This document shows positions 1 to 11,769 of a stretch of 64,000 nt of DNA, in pieces. The DNA comes from Rhina ancylostomus (taxonomy: Eukaryota): assembly GCA_030265395.1 (NCBI GenBank), contig JARFYF010000012.1, positions 35,951,277-36,015,276 on the forward strand, read 5' to 3'. The notes beneath the pieces are model-generated. The model did not search any database. It was not told the DNA's origin and saw only the letters and a program-made list of their open reading frames with translations. Position 1 is the stretch's first letter; each line of letters starts with the position of its first letter. The translations under genes were made by a program, and so were the position numbers.

Positions 1-751
1 TAAGGAGTATTGGCTGCAGTCCAGAATCATAAGACCATACTAGTATAGCCTTCTGCAAGCACCAACATTTATTGCAACAATGAACAGACTTCACTGCTAA
101 GTCAAACAGCAATAAAAAAGAAAACATTTCCCCAACAGACCAAAAACATAAGAGATTTGAAAATGTAGTAGATTGCTTTGGTCTGCCAATCTTATTCTTT
201 AGCAGCTTTGAGAAAATTGGAACAGAAATACTTGAAAAGCTAAAAGAAGTTTATTACAAGTAGGTGATGGAACAGCTGCACTTTTATTCAGAACATCTGA
301 TTAAAATCATAGTGACTGTTCTTAAAACCTGCAAGGATTTAAATCAAGTCTTCTATTTACCTTTAAATTCTAGAACTAGCATCCAAATGTGCATCAAGAT
401 GGTAAAATTGCTTATAAAGCTTGGGTCAGAATATGTGCTCAGTGAGCCTCCCTGGGCATTCTGCAGATCAAATGGTATCACTTGTGGGAACCAGAACAAA
501 CTGGTTAAGAAAGCTGACTGAATGTCTCTAAAGAGCAGAAACATTCAAGAAGTATTAAAATCTACTAAAGTGAACCACATAAGGATTACATAATGTTAAA
601 AAAACTAATTAAGTGAAAAAAATTAAAGATGTTAATACTTGCCAAAGTCCATCACACGCATTTCCTTCCATTGAACTGCCAAAGCTGTTCATGCATTTTC
701 AAATGTCTCAAAGCCACAAAAAATTCCACATTAAAACAGTGACTTCAAGAT

Positions 752-870
752 GAAATAAAAACAGAAAATGCTCAAAATAATTAGCTAGTCAGGCAGCAGC
801 TGTAGAGAGTTAACGTTTTATGACTTGCTGAGTATTTCCAGCATCTCCAGTATCCGTAGCTTTTTTTTCC
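752..870. mobile_element. Short fold-back element derived from PLE ends (decayed)
   Basis: aaaacagaaaatgctcaaaataattagctagtcaggcagcagctg is followed by tgacttgctgagtatttccagcat, i.e. both orientations of the PLE terminal motif seen at 7215-7294. Confidence 0.6.
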
Positions 871-874
871 CCCA

Positions 875-998
875 ATCACTTCAAAATAACTTATTGGCAC
901 TGAGGAGAGTTAGAACATTCTAGGGTAATTATCAGCACAAAAGAAAGGGAAAGACTTTCTTAAGCAAGTCCATATGAATGCAAGGTTTTTCTTTCTTT
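875..998 (+). mobile_element. Deu-domain SINE 3' tail fragment
   Basis: cacttcaaaataacttattggcactg...tatgaatgcaaggtttttctttcttt resembles the AmnSINE/SacSINE-type tail also seen at 44700-44780. Confidence 0.5.
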
Positions 999-1409
999 GA
1001 TTTTGTGTGTGCCTGTTGATTTTGCTGGTACGTTATTAACATTTTGACAATGAGATGTGAAGACATTTTGACTTGTAGATCGATGACATCATTGGTGATT
1101 CAGAATGAAGCAAAAGAAGTGTATCTATTCCCAGGTTCATCTTAACACAATGCTTTAATTTGCAGCCTTCAGTCTGAAGCAATTTTCAAGAGAACATGCA
1201 GTACTTATAATAGAGCAATTCAAAGATATTTCCTGTCAAGCTCTGTATTGCACAGATCCTGCCTTGTACCCAACAGCCTCAGGGCCTAAAACACCACTGG
1301 AAGATTTTATGGCTTCCTGCCTACAGAAAGATACTGTGTACCTGGTACTTGATACGGAATTCCCAAAATGACTTTCAATTTTTAATACAGGAAGAGCTGC
1401 ATAGGTTAG

Positions 1410-1600
1410 AGGAAAGTGGAGGAGACGGTGCCTTACAAGATATTACCACCATCTCTTGAGGACTTGAGGGCTGCACAGATCTAATGAAGGACTTGGTGAG
1501 AAGAGAGCACTCTGCCTGAGGCAATACTGGAGATGTTCCAGCTCCTATCTGAAGACATACAGCTGAGATCATCTGCTTCAGAAGGTCTGCCTCGTCTTGT
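1410..1600 (+). pseudogene. Possible relic of a PIF/Harbinger transposase N-terminus
   Basis: Frameshifted reading RRRCLTRY...DLMKDLVRR...LPEAILEMFQLLSEDIQ resembles the HARBI1-like N-terminal HTH region. Heavily decayed. Confidence 0.3.
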
Positions 1601-3768
1601 GAAAGAGCCTATCATTTTAATCCCGAGACTCATTTCACGCTGCTGTGGTGAGCTTTTTAGTGTCTCCCTCAGTATCTGTGGCTGTACCACCAATTGGAGG
1701 GTCAGGCAAAGTTGCAAAAATATAATAGAATGCGCCCTAAATGGCCTACGATGGGCTCAAAGCACCTCCTCTCACTCTAATAAAAGTGTTCCAATTTAAC
1801 CTGCTGAGTGGCAATAAGGGCTGCTCAGTTTCTTGATGAAGTTTGTAAATTTTCTTGTGGAATTATTACTCGATTCTTCAGTTGGATTACAATTTCCTTA
1901 TGCACTTCTCTAGAGAGATTATTCAAATAAGATCTTCTGGATCCATGTACTTTGGTGGCTGGATATTAGCTCTTACCACTTAGCTTCGTTGCTACNNNNN
2001 NNNNNNNNNNNNNNNNNNNNNNNNNNNNNNNNNNNNNNNNNNNNNNNNNNNNNNNNNNNNNNNNNNNNNNNNNNNNNNNNNNNNNNNNNNNNNNNGTTCA
2101 CTTTTGGGGTCAAGGAAGGTTTAAACTGAATTGGTGCGGGATGGACACCAGCAGTGTAGATGTAGTGAAGGTGCGAGTGTCAGATAATACAACAGATCGA
2201 AGTAATACTAATACTAGCTAAGAGCAGACCAAGAAAGATTATGACAACCATAAAGACAAGTTTAAAATAGATATATGTAAATGCACAGTGTGGTGAATAA
2301 GGATAGTGAGTTACAGGAACAAATACTCATGGGAAAATGACATTGTGGCAATAACGGAAATGTTGCTTAAAAATAGTGAGGAATAAGTTTTTAATATTCA
2401 CAGATACAATGCATTCAGAAATGATAGGAATGAAAAAAGGGAGGTAGGCTGACTAATGATTGGGGAAGATAATACAGTTTTTGAAGAGAGGGCATACTTG
2501 AGCAGTCAAGCATAGAATGCATTTAGTTAAAGGTTAAAAGCAAAAATGCTTTGAACGCACTACTAGAGAGATTCGAGACAGGAGGAGGAGGAGGAGCATA
2601 TCTGCAGGGAAAATATAGAGGCATGCAATTACAATAGAGATATGATACTGGGAGACTTGCCATAAGACTGACAGAAAAAGAATGTGAATAGAATGGAAGT
2701 TAGCATAAATGGGAACTCAAAAATCTTCTACCATGTTTTAAACAGTAAGATGGGTGGGACCTATTGGGATCAAAGATGGTAATATATACCTAGAAGTGCA
2801 AGGCAAAGCTTGGATATTTGATGAGCATTTTATAATGGTGTTTCTGAAGAAAGGGGAGGCTCAGAAAATATCAGTGGAAGCAAGAATTTTTGGAGGTAAT
2901 GAATAAAGTGGAAATTGATAGGGAGGATCTGCTATAAAGGCTGGCTGTATTGAGAGTGTAGATAAGTGAGATGGTCTGGATGGCTTGCATCCCGAATTGA
3001 GGAGGAAAGTCATGGTGCAGATAGTGGGAACATTTGCCATAACCTTCCAATCTTCCCCTAGAAATGGGGCAGGATTGGAAAGGTGAAGATGTGACACCTT
3101 GTTCAAGAAAGGGTGCAAGGACATTCCCAGAAACTAAATAGTACCAATTTAACAACAGTGACAGATCAGATTTTAGAAGAAATAATTTGGAAGAAAAATA
3201 ATGGAGAGGTTTAAAGTTAAGGACAGCCAACAATAATTTGTAAAAAGCAAATTTTTTTGATGAAGTAAAAGAAAGTTGACGAAGGGAATGCAGTGCCTAC
3301 AAGGATCTTAAGGCGGCATTTGACAAAGTGAAATGTAAAAGACTCATTAACAAAGTTTAAGTTCATGGAACAGGAGGGTCAGCATTATTTTGGATTTTTA
3401 AAAATTAGATTGAAACATAACACAGCAAATCATGGGAAATAATTGTTTTTCAAACTGGCATACAGTGGACAATAATGTTCCCCATGGAGAGTGCTAGAAC
3501 CACAGATTTTTAAACATACATACACATTTTGGATATTAGAATACAGAGCAAAATTCATTAAAACTACAGTGATACCAAGCTTAGAAATGTAGCAGTTACT
3601 AATCAACTGTAATGAGACAACTACAATAGTCCAACAGAATGGATTTTGACAGAGAGAAGGATGAGGTGATGGATTTTGGCAGAAGAAATGGAAAAGGTAA
3701 TGTAAACTTTATGACATAATGTTAAAGAGTCTGCAGGTCACAGGGACCTGGGAACCCCTTGCCTTGGT

Positions 3769-3870
3769 CTTAGTGTCATTTGTGTCAGGATTTTCTTTCA
3801 GCTTGGTGCTGTATTTGTGCTCTGTAGGTTTTTTTATTTTATGTACAGTCATTGAGTCGTTATGGCAAAG
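3769..3870. repeat. ~100-bp insertion in the CR1, an inverted copy of 5258-5356, flanked by a 14-bp direct repeat
   Basis: 3776-3870 is ~90% identical to the reverse complement of 5258-5356. Flanks are ccccttgccttggt (3755-3768) and ccccttgcctaggt (3871-3884). Confidence 0.9.
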
Positions 3871-4200
3871 CCCCTTGCCTAGGTTTGGCCATGAGAGAAT
3901 AGCTAGCAAAGATATGGGATGGCCTTCATAAACAGGGGCAATAAGTATAAAATTAGGAGAAGCTAAGCTGAATTTTTATAATGCTGTGGTTAGATCAAAA
4001 TTGGAGGATTCCTTCCAGTTCCGGTCAACATATTTCAAAAAAAAGACATGAACATCCTTGAAAGAGTGCAGAAGATGAAAGGGTACCAGTATGATTCTAG
4101 GGAGCAGGAGGTTTATTTGTAAAATTAGGTTGGAGAAGCTGGGGTTGTTCTTGAAACAAAGGCGAGGGGGAAATTGGACAGAGGTGATGATGACAGGTTT

Positions 4201-5000
4201 AGGGTGACACATTGGCACTTCAGGTAGGGCAGCTGTCTCAAAGCTAAAATGAACCAGGTTTGATTCAAACGTCCTGTGTTGTCTCAATGGAGTTTGCATG
4301 TTCTGTGAACACGGGTTCTTACCCACCTCCCCCTCCACCCCACCCCCAGTACTCCAGTTTCCTCTCACATCCGAAAGTTGTGTTGGTTGTTAAGTTAATT
4401 GGCTGCTATACATAACACTGTTACAGTGCCAGAGACAGAGGTTCAATTCCAGCCACTGTCTGTAAGGAGTTTGTACATTCTCCCTGTGTCTGCGTGGGTT
4501 TCCTCCAGGTCCTCCGGTTTCCTCCCACATTCCAAAAATGTATGGGTTTTGAAGTTGTGGGCATGCTATGTTGGCGCTGGAACTGTNNNNNNNNNNNNNN
4601 NNNNNNNNNNNNNNNNNNNNNNNNNNNNNNNNNNNNNNNNNNNNNNNNNNNNNNNNNNNNNNNNNNNNNNNNNNNNNNNNNNNNNNTCCCACAGTCCAAA
4701 AATGTATGGGTTTTGAAGTTGTGGGCATGCTATGTTGGCGCTGGAAATGTAGTAACACTTGCGGGCTGCCCCCAGAACCCTCTACGCAAAAGATCAATTT
4801 CACTGTGTTTCGATGTGCATGTGACTAATAAAGATATCTTATCTTGTCTTAATCCAAGTCAGAGAATCAGGAGGGTGTTAATGAGCATGAGAGAGAGAAT
4901 AGGTTACCTGGAAATAAGTGGCATGAATTGATTGAGCTCCAAGAACTAGTAGAAACTCAATGGGCTGAATGGCCTCCTTTTATATTGTAAAGAAATATGA
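4201..5000 (+). mobile_element. Older V-SINE (tRNA head, V domain, CR1-like tail), split by a younger V-SINE
   Basis: ggagtttgcatgttct...ctccagtttcctctcacatccgaaag at 4289-4378; the tail ...caatgggctgaatggcctcctttt resumes at 4860-4990. Confidence 0.7.
4410..4850 (+). mobile_element. V-SINE (HE1-like), younger copy containing an assembly gap
   Basis: B-box ggttcaattcc at 4440; V-domain core ggagtttgtacattctccctgtgtctgcgtgggtttcctccaggtcctccggtttcctcccaca; 3' end aataaagatatcttatcttgtctt. Confidence 0.9.
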
Positions 5001-5824
5001 AGTAGACAAAGCAGACAAATAAAAGTTGTTCCCACTAGCTGATGGTGGAAAGATTAGGAGACACTGAGTTAAGGCTTTAACAAGCAACATAAGAGGACGT
5101 GAGGAAGAATCTTTTTATGATCTGGAATTCACTGCCCACGTTTGGAATTATTTCAAAAGGAAATTGCATAGGCATTGAAGGGGAACAAACTTCCAGCATT
5201 AAGGGGAAGGGATGGGGGAATGGAACTGAATAGATTGCTCTACAGAGCACCAGCTTTCTTTGTCATAACGACTCCATGACTGTACATAAAATAACAAAAA
5301 AAATCTACAGAGCACAAATACAGCACTAAGTTGAAAGAAAATCCTAACACAAGTGAAATGTGTTCACAGAGAGAACTTGCAAGCTCCACACAGAAATCCA
5401 TCACACTATGAAAACTCCAAAACAATAGAAGTGCAGTAAAGTACATAAGGTTCAAAAAAACTTGAGGCATTCCACAAACCATACTCAATGACCATCTCCA
5501 ACAGTTTAACCACCTATCCTTGACATTCAACAGCATTACTGTTGGCAAGACTGACATTAATACGCTCAGGTTCACTATTGGTCAGAAACTCTGGATGCTG
5601 TAGCAGGTAGCATACACCTATGGCTTTCCATCATCTACAAGGCATGTCAGAAGTGTGATGGAATACTCTCCACCAACCCACAAATGCAGCTCTGACAATA
5701 CTTGGGAAAAAGTAGACACCACCTAGGACAAAGCAAACCCCCTGATTTCATCTTTTCCTCTTCTCTAAACATTCATTGCCACCGGCCCCAACGCAGTACA
5801 TAACATCAACAAAATGCACTGTTA

Positions 5825-7294
5825 TATAGGCACAACACCTGCCCCTACATCACCTCCATCCAGGGACCCAAACAGTCCCTTCCAGTGAAACAGAGATTCT
5901 CCTGCCACTCCCTTAATATCATCTACTGCATTCAGTGCTCCAAGTGTGGACTCGACATTGGTGAGACCAAATGCAGACTGGGTGACCATTTCGCAGAACA
6001 CCTGTGCTCTGTCCATAAGTGCAATCTACGTCTCCCCGTTGCCAGTCACTTCAACTCCCACCCCGCCACACTATCACAGATATGTCAGTCCTCGGTATCC
6101 TCCACTGCCAGGAGAATTCCAAGTGCAAACTGGAGGAACAACATCTCATTTTCTGTCATGGAGCCTTGCAGCCTAATGGCATGAACATTGAATTCTCCCA
6201 CTTTAAGTAATGCCCACCCCCCTTCCCCACAACCCCCCCCCACCAAGCTTGTTCCCGTTCCTAGCCTCTTTTTTATATCTTTTTTTCCCCTTTCTCTCTT
6301 NNNNNNNNNNNNNNNNNNNNNNNNNNNNNNNNNNNNNNNNNNNNNNNNNNNNNNNNNNNNNNNNNNNNNNNNNNNNNNNNNNNNNNNNNNNNNNNNNNNN
6401 NNNNNNNNNNNNNNNNNNNNNNNNNNNNNNNNNNNNNNNNNNNNNNNNNNNNNNNNNNNNNNNNNNNNNNNNNNNNNNNNNNNNNNNNNNNNNNNNNNNN
6501 NNNNNNNNNNNNNNNNNNNNNNNNNNNNNNNNNNNNNNNNNNNNNNNNNNNNNNNNNNNNNNNNNNNNNNNNNNNNNNNNNNNNNNNNNNNNNNNNNNNN
6601 NNNNNNNNNNNNNNNNNNNNNNNNNNNNNNNNNNNNNNNNNNNNNNNNNNNNNNNNNNNNNNNNNNNNNNNNNNNNNNNNNNNNNNNNNNNNNNNNNNNN
6701 NNNNNNNNNNNNNNNNNNNNNNNNNNNNNNNNNNNNNNNNNNNNNNNNNNNNNNNNNNNNNNNNNNNNNNNNNNNNNNNNNNNNNNNNNNNNNNNNNNNN
6801 NNNNNNNNNNNNNNNNNNNNNNNNNNNNNNNNNNNNNNNNNNNNNNNNNNNNNNNNNNNNNNNNNNNNNNNNNNNNNNNNNNNNNNNNNNNNNNNNNNNN
6901 NNNNNNNNNNNNNNNNNNNNNNNNNNNNNNNNNNNNNNNNNNNNNNNNNNNNNNNNNNNNNNNNNNATCTTTTTTTCCCCTTTCTCTCTTTACCTTCGAC
7001 CCATCCCCAATGGATCTGCTCTTCCCTCCTCCCCATCACTATCTCTTACCTGCATCTACCTATCACCACCTTGTGCCCACCCTGTCTCCCCTCTTTTGTC
7101 CACCTATCACTGCTCGGCTTTTCCCTCCTATATATTGGGCTTCCCCTTTACCTAGCTTCAGTCCTGAAGAAGGGTCCTGACTCGAAACATTGACTTGCCT
7201 GCTTTTCTCCATGGATGCTGCCTGGCCTGCTGAGTTCCTCCAGCATCATTGTGTTTTTCATCTGGATTGCAGCATCTGCAGTCCTTTGTTTCTC
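5825..7294 (+). mobile_element. Penelope-like element, 5'-truncated (GIY-YIG endonuclease region plus pLTR)
   Basis: ORF 5885-6184 has NIIYCIQCSKCGLDIGETKCRLGDHFAEH (GIY-YIG), then KLEEQHLIF...GMNIEF. Typical PLE end ctgcctggcctgctgagttcctccagcat. 8-bp TSD cactgtta at 5817-5824 and 7295-7302. Confidence 0.92.
7160..7195 (+). ncRNA. Minimal type-I hammerhead ribozyme motif in the PLE pLTR
   Basis: agtc-CTGAAGA-a-gggt(cctg)actc-GAAA-catt-gact: core boxes CUGANGA and GAAA, stem I agtc/gact, 4-bp stem II. The stem-III palindrome has apparently decayed (acgt to acat). Confidence 0.7.
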
Positions 7295-8539
7295 CACTGT
7301 TAGTATCCATCAGGCTACTCAGACTACACCTCTTAAATTTGAAAGGAAACCAAAGGACAAGGGAACTTCACCAAGCCCTGATAGTTCCCCTCCAATTAAC
7401 AGGTTTTCCTGACCCAGAAATATATTGCTTTTCATTCATCATTGCTAGGTCTAAATCTTGGAACTCCCCAACCTCTGCACTGTGGGAGCACCTTCACTAG
7501 AAGCATTGCTGCCTTTAACTACAGCATTTCACAACTACTTTCTCAAGAGCAATTAAGATAGGTAAAACATGCTGGCTTTGCTGTGGCTGTCAACATTCTA
7601 TAGGTAAATTACTTTTCAAAAAACCACAAGAATAGCTGCACATCAATCAAAAGATCTAGATAATGAATTTCAGGAGATAGCAAGGAGTTTGTCAGTGCAC
7701 TGGTGCGGCTGAATACAAATGCTAAAGCAGCTGAAGACCTCCACTGTGGCATCACTTGAGGAGCTGACTCTAATGTTTGCTTCCAAATGTAGGCAGCTAT
7801 CATAACAAAATCATCAACAGGAGTCAGCTGTAGTCATTCAATGTACAGCGCAAGTGCTGGATTGAACCACGGAAGTTTCCACTATCCAAATTTGAACAGT
7901 CACCATCTTCTACATCACAGAGAACACAGTGTCACATAAAAAGACCTGAATGAAAACATGGTTTAGCGGCAGATCGAAAGTGCTGTGATGCCCTTGCAGC
8001 TTTCCAGAGCAGCCCTTCAACTAACAGCCTTCATGAGGCTCCACAACCACCAAGAAACATGACACCTTAACAACCTGAATGTCAAAACTGCAGAGACTAG
8101 AGCTAGCTAATACTATGATGGGTACATGCTTAGAAGTATTCTGCAGAGTCCACCACAACTATCAATGCCGCATTAATCCCCATTAAAGTTGCTAGAGTTG
8201 CATCAATTATTTACAGTATGTGCCTGGCCATGGGGGTATGTTTCTACCAACCACAAGCTATTGTGTTACCTCAGGCACTCTCCTAAATAAAGCATGAGGG
8301 ACGGCAGAGGTCTTGGAGCAAACTTTAGAAAATATGACACTGACTATAGCATTCTCTTCCCCTTGTTTAACATGATCTGGATAATTTGAAGGAAGTTCAC
8401 AGAGAATGGTGCAGGGATTTGTGAGGTTAATTAACTCCGATCTGTTGTACCCTGAATAAACTCAATCAGGCTATTTGGTAAAACAACATGGGCTAGAGAT
8501 TGTCACCCTGTCACGCCTGCTTTGGGTATGATAAAAATT

Positions 8540-10980
8540 AACATGCATGGACCCAAGCAATGCCTGCCTTTTGTTGGATACGCGGAACAGTCCTTGATCC
8601 AGACCACGATAGGACCACGTTCCCAACTCTTTCTCTGATTTATTGATGACCACGTCGATGCCACATCCTGCACCAATACACAAGTTGAAAATGTTATCAC
8701 TTTTGCTGCCACTTTCCATCCTGTTCTCATATTTACATGGTCCAGTCTGACATTCTGGATCTGTTTCCGCCTCAGGAGCTGGACCAAGCTACTTTATAAC
8801 CGAAGAAATCTCAGAACTACCTTCCCATGCCTCCAACAACGATCGGATTCGTTTTTCCCCAGTTTCTTCATCTCCATTGCATTTGTTTCAATGATGAGGC
8901 TTTCCACTCTGATGTCCTCCTTCTTCCTGAAACGTGGCTTCCCCTCTGCCATAGTGGATGGAGCTCTCAATTGCATTTCATTTTATTTCCTGCACGTCTG
9001 CTCTCACCCGTTCTCCCCCGGGACAGAATAAAGATAGAGTTCCCCTGATACTCACCTTCCACCCCACCAGACTTCACATTTAACATATCATCCTTTGCAA
9101 TTTCCACCGGCTCCCCTTTCTGCAATTCACAGCACCACTCACTTCATGACTTACTGATGGACTCTTCCATCCCCATTCACCACTTCCCATGCTACTGGAT
9201 GTGATGTAACACCTGTCCATTCAGCTCATTCCTTCCCACCATCCAGTGATCCCAACATTTCAGATAGAGCAGCAATTCACTTGCACTTCTTCCAATCTAG
9301 TTTACTGCATTCGGTGTTCACAATGTGGTCTCCTCTACACTGCAGAAACCAAACTCAGACTGAGTGCAGAGCACCTGCACTCAATCTGCAGGAGTAAACC
9401 TGAGCTTCCAGTTGCGTGCCATTTCAATTCACCAACCCACTCCCATTTCTCTATCTGTGGTCTCCTGCACTGTTACAAGGCTCAGCATAAATCCGAGGAA
9501 CAACACCTCATTTCTCATCTGGGTATGTTGCACCCTGCAGTACTCAATACTGAATTCTCCAACTAACTTGCTCCTCCTTTCTATTTGTATTAAGATTGGT
9601 TACTTGTATCTGCCACTCCACTCCCCTATTTTTCTTTCATTTTATACGTATACTGTGGCCAGCCCAGCATGTCCCAGTAGGCCAGACTATAAAACAATCA
9701 TCCTTCAACACCATCATTCCCTCAGTACTAATAACCAAGCTTCTGCACCTCCATCTGCAACTGGATCCTTGACTTCCTTACAGGGAAACCACAGTCAGTG
9801 TGGATCGACAATAACATCTCCTCCTTGCAGTCAACACAGGCAGACCTCAAGGATGCACGCATAGCCCACTACTCTTCTCTCTCCACACTCATGATCGTGT
9901 GGCTAAGCAAGTATCGCTCAGGCACGATCTGTAAATTCACCCATGACACTACTGCTGTTGGTGATGAGGAGACTGACAGGAGTGAGACAGATCGGCTAGT
10001 CGAGTGGCATCGCAACAACCTCATACTCAATGTCAGCAAGACCAAGGAACTGATTGTGGACTTCAGGAAGGGGAAATCCGGAGAACACACACCAACCCTC
10101 ATAGAAGGGTCAGTGATGGAAAGGGTCAGCAGCTTCAAGTTCCTCGGCGTCAACATCTTGGAGGATCTATCCTGGGCTCAACACATGGATGCAATCATGA
10201 AGAAGGCATGCCAGCAACTCCATTTTGTGAGGAGTTTGAAGAGATTTCGTATGTCGCTGAAGACTCTTACAAATTTCTATAGGTGTACGGTGGAGAGCAT
10301 TCTGACTGGTTGCATCACAGCCTGGTATGAAGGCTCCAATCACAAGAGGCTGCAGATGGTTGTAGACTCAGCCAGATCCATCACGGGCACAACTCTCCCC
10401 ACCATCGAGGGCATCTTCAAGAGGCGGTGCCTCAAGAAGGCAGTATCCATCATTAAGGACCCTCACCATCTAGGTGATGCCCTCTTCTCGTTACTACCAT
10501 CAGCGAGGTGGTACAGGAGCCTAAAGACCCAAACTGAACAATTCAGGAGCAGCTTCTTCCCCTCCACCATCAGATTTCTGAACATTCCATGAACACCACC
10601 TCATTATTCCTTTTTTTCCACTATTTATGTTTGTAACTTATAGATTTTTGTGTCTTGCACTGTACTGCTGCTGCAAAACAACAAATTTCACGACATACGT
10701 CAGTGATAATAAACCTGATTCTGATTGTGGAACCCAGACTTCACAACATTAGCAATACATTACACAAAGGAGCTCAATGGTCCATTCAACAGCTACAACA
10801 TTTCACCCGGTAACAGACATTCCCTTTGTTCCATCCACTGCACTCTGCCTTCTCTGCCACTTTCTTAGACCAACTTGCTTTCTCTTCTTCTCTTCAATGT
10901 GCAATGTTAACTGCTTTTTTTTCTTTAAACAGATTCTGCATAACTAGCTGAGTTCTTTCAGCATTTCTGGTTTCTGTTCC
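8540..10980 (+). mobile_element. Penelope-like element (RT, GIY-YIG and 3' end), decayed, split by a Rex1/Babar insertion
   Basis: GPSNACLFVGYAEQSL and the FIDD RT catalytic motif near 8549-8650. ORF 9246-9566 has NLVYCIRCSQCGLLYTAETK. The 3' end ...gctgagttctttcagcatttctgg is at 10947-10975. Confidence 0.9.
9686..10726 (+). mobile_element. Rex1/Babar-type LINE, 5'-truncated (RT C-terminal half plus 3' UTR)
   Basis: ORF 9798-10592: LNVSKTKELIVDFRK, VSSFKFLGVNI, LTNFYRCTVESILTGCITAWY, SFFPSTIRFLN. The 3' UTR ends aataaacctgattctgatt. The catalytic FADD has decayed to FTHD. Confidence 0.92.
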
Positions 10981-11769
10981 CTTATTGTGTATGTCCCTCT
11001 GTAAAGATTTTATATTACTCACAACTAGTCTGCCTGTTAACATCACACAAGGACCTTTTCACAAATTCTGTTGGAAATTCCAAAAGGGCTTCACTTGAGA
11101 GAAGATTGTGAGCACAGAATCTTTTAAGGGCATAGATGGAAGATGCAGAAGGGAGGTGAAGTGGGGGTTTGGAGAATAAATGGCAAGCATAGGGTCATGA
11201 TTGGTTTGAGTCAATTGGTGAGAAGCTGGGATGGCCAATCATTGAGTCATATCAGTGGAGATGTCAGTGAGATGACACTCAGTGTGTGAAATTGGAAGAA
11301 GGTGCAGACATCAGCATTGCTGGAAGGATTGAATGCAACAACGACTTTTCCGCAAAACCTAGGAAAGGTTGCGTATCATGCAAATTATAGGACTGCAGAC
11401 CTCAGGCCCTCCAAATAAAGCCTATTTCAACATTCAAGGCCTGAGCAACTCCTCGACTTCTCTATACAGAACTTATGCTTGGATGGCAGCACTGCACGTG
11501 CCAAGCAGCCTCAGTACGCAAGTGCATCACGTGCACGGAGAATCATGAAGAACACAAATCTCCATATTAATGAGCAATGGGTTTCCAAGGAAACTTCTAT
11601 CAAGCAGCAAAAAAATATTGTGGCACATGATGGAATTTTTAGGACTATGGCTCGATCACATGATGTACAAAATTAGATACAAGTTCCCTGTCCACCCAAA
11701 AATAACTGGTGACCTTGAGAGTGAGACTGGATTGCACCCAAGGTAACATTATACAGTTCACTATTAAAG

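Larger units (their letters stand above)
2096..5255 (+). mobile_element. CR1 LINE (ORF1/ORF2 junction, APE, RT, 3' end), decayed and interrupted by later insertions
   Basis: ggtttaaactgaattgg junction at 2118; VAITExL-type APE motif at 2345; AFDKV (gcatttgacaaagtg) at 3316; RDLG at 3742; AFINRG at 3922; CR1-type 3' UTR at 5000-5255. Many stops and frameshifts. Confidence 0.85.
5400..7605 (+). mobile_element. CR1/L2-group LINE ('family B'), RT C-terminus and 3' tail, split by a PLE
   Basis: TIYKAxVRSVMEYSP at 5629-5672 and DTTxDKA at 5714. Resumes at 7303 and ends with the tail gcaattaagataggtaaaacatgctggc. Confidence 0.8.

Noticed and set aside
4523-4746. 60-bp direct repeat with one mismatch around a 100-N gap
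   Set aside because: Typical of allelic contig ends left unmerged by scaffolding.
6277-6990. Identical 24-bp sequence on both sides of the 666-N gap
   Set aside because: Most likely an unmerged contig overlap, so the gap may be false and the PLE ~690 bp shorter. Not a biological direct repeat.
6188-7193. Long ORFs of 278-330 aa (also at 13563-14254, 32181-32807 and others)
   Set aside because: They are mostly X residues from N gaps and are not coding evidence.
9798-10592. 264-aa ORF as a host gene (would give DUF1891/ALKBH8-like database hits)
   Set aside because: It is a Rex1/Babar RT fragment with a decayed catalytic motif, a LINE 3' UTR, and sister copies at 19245, 49860 and 59056.
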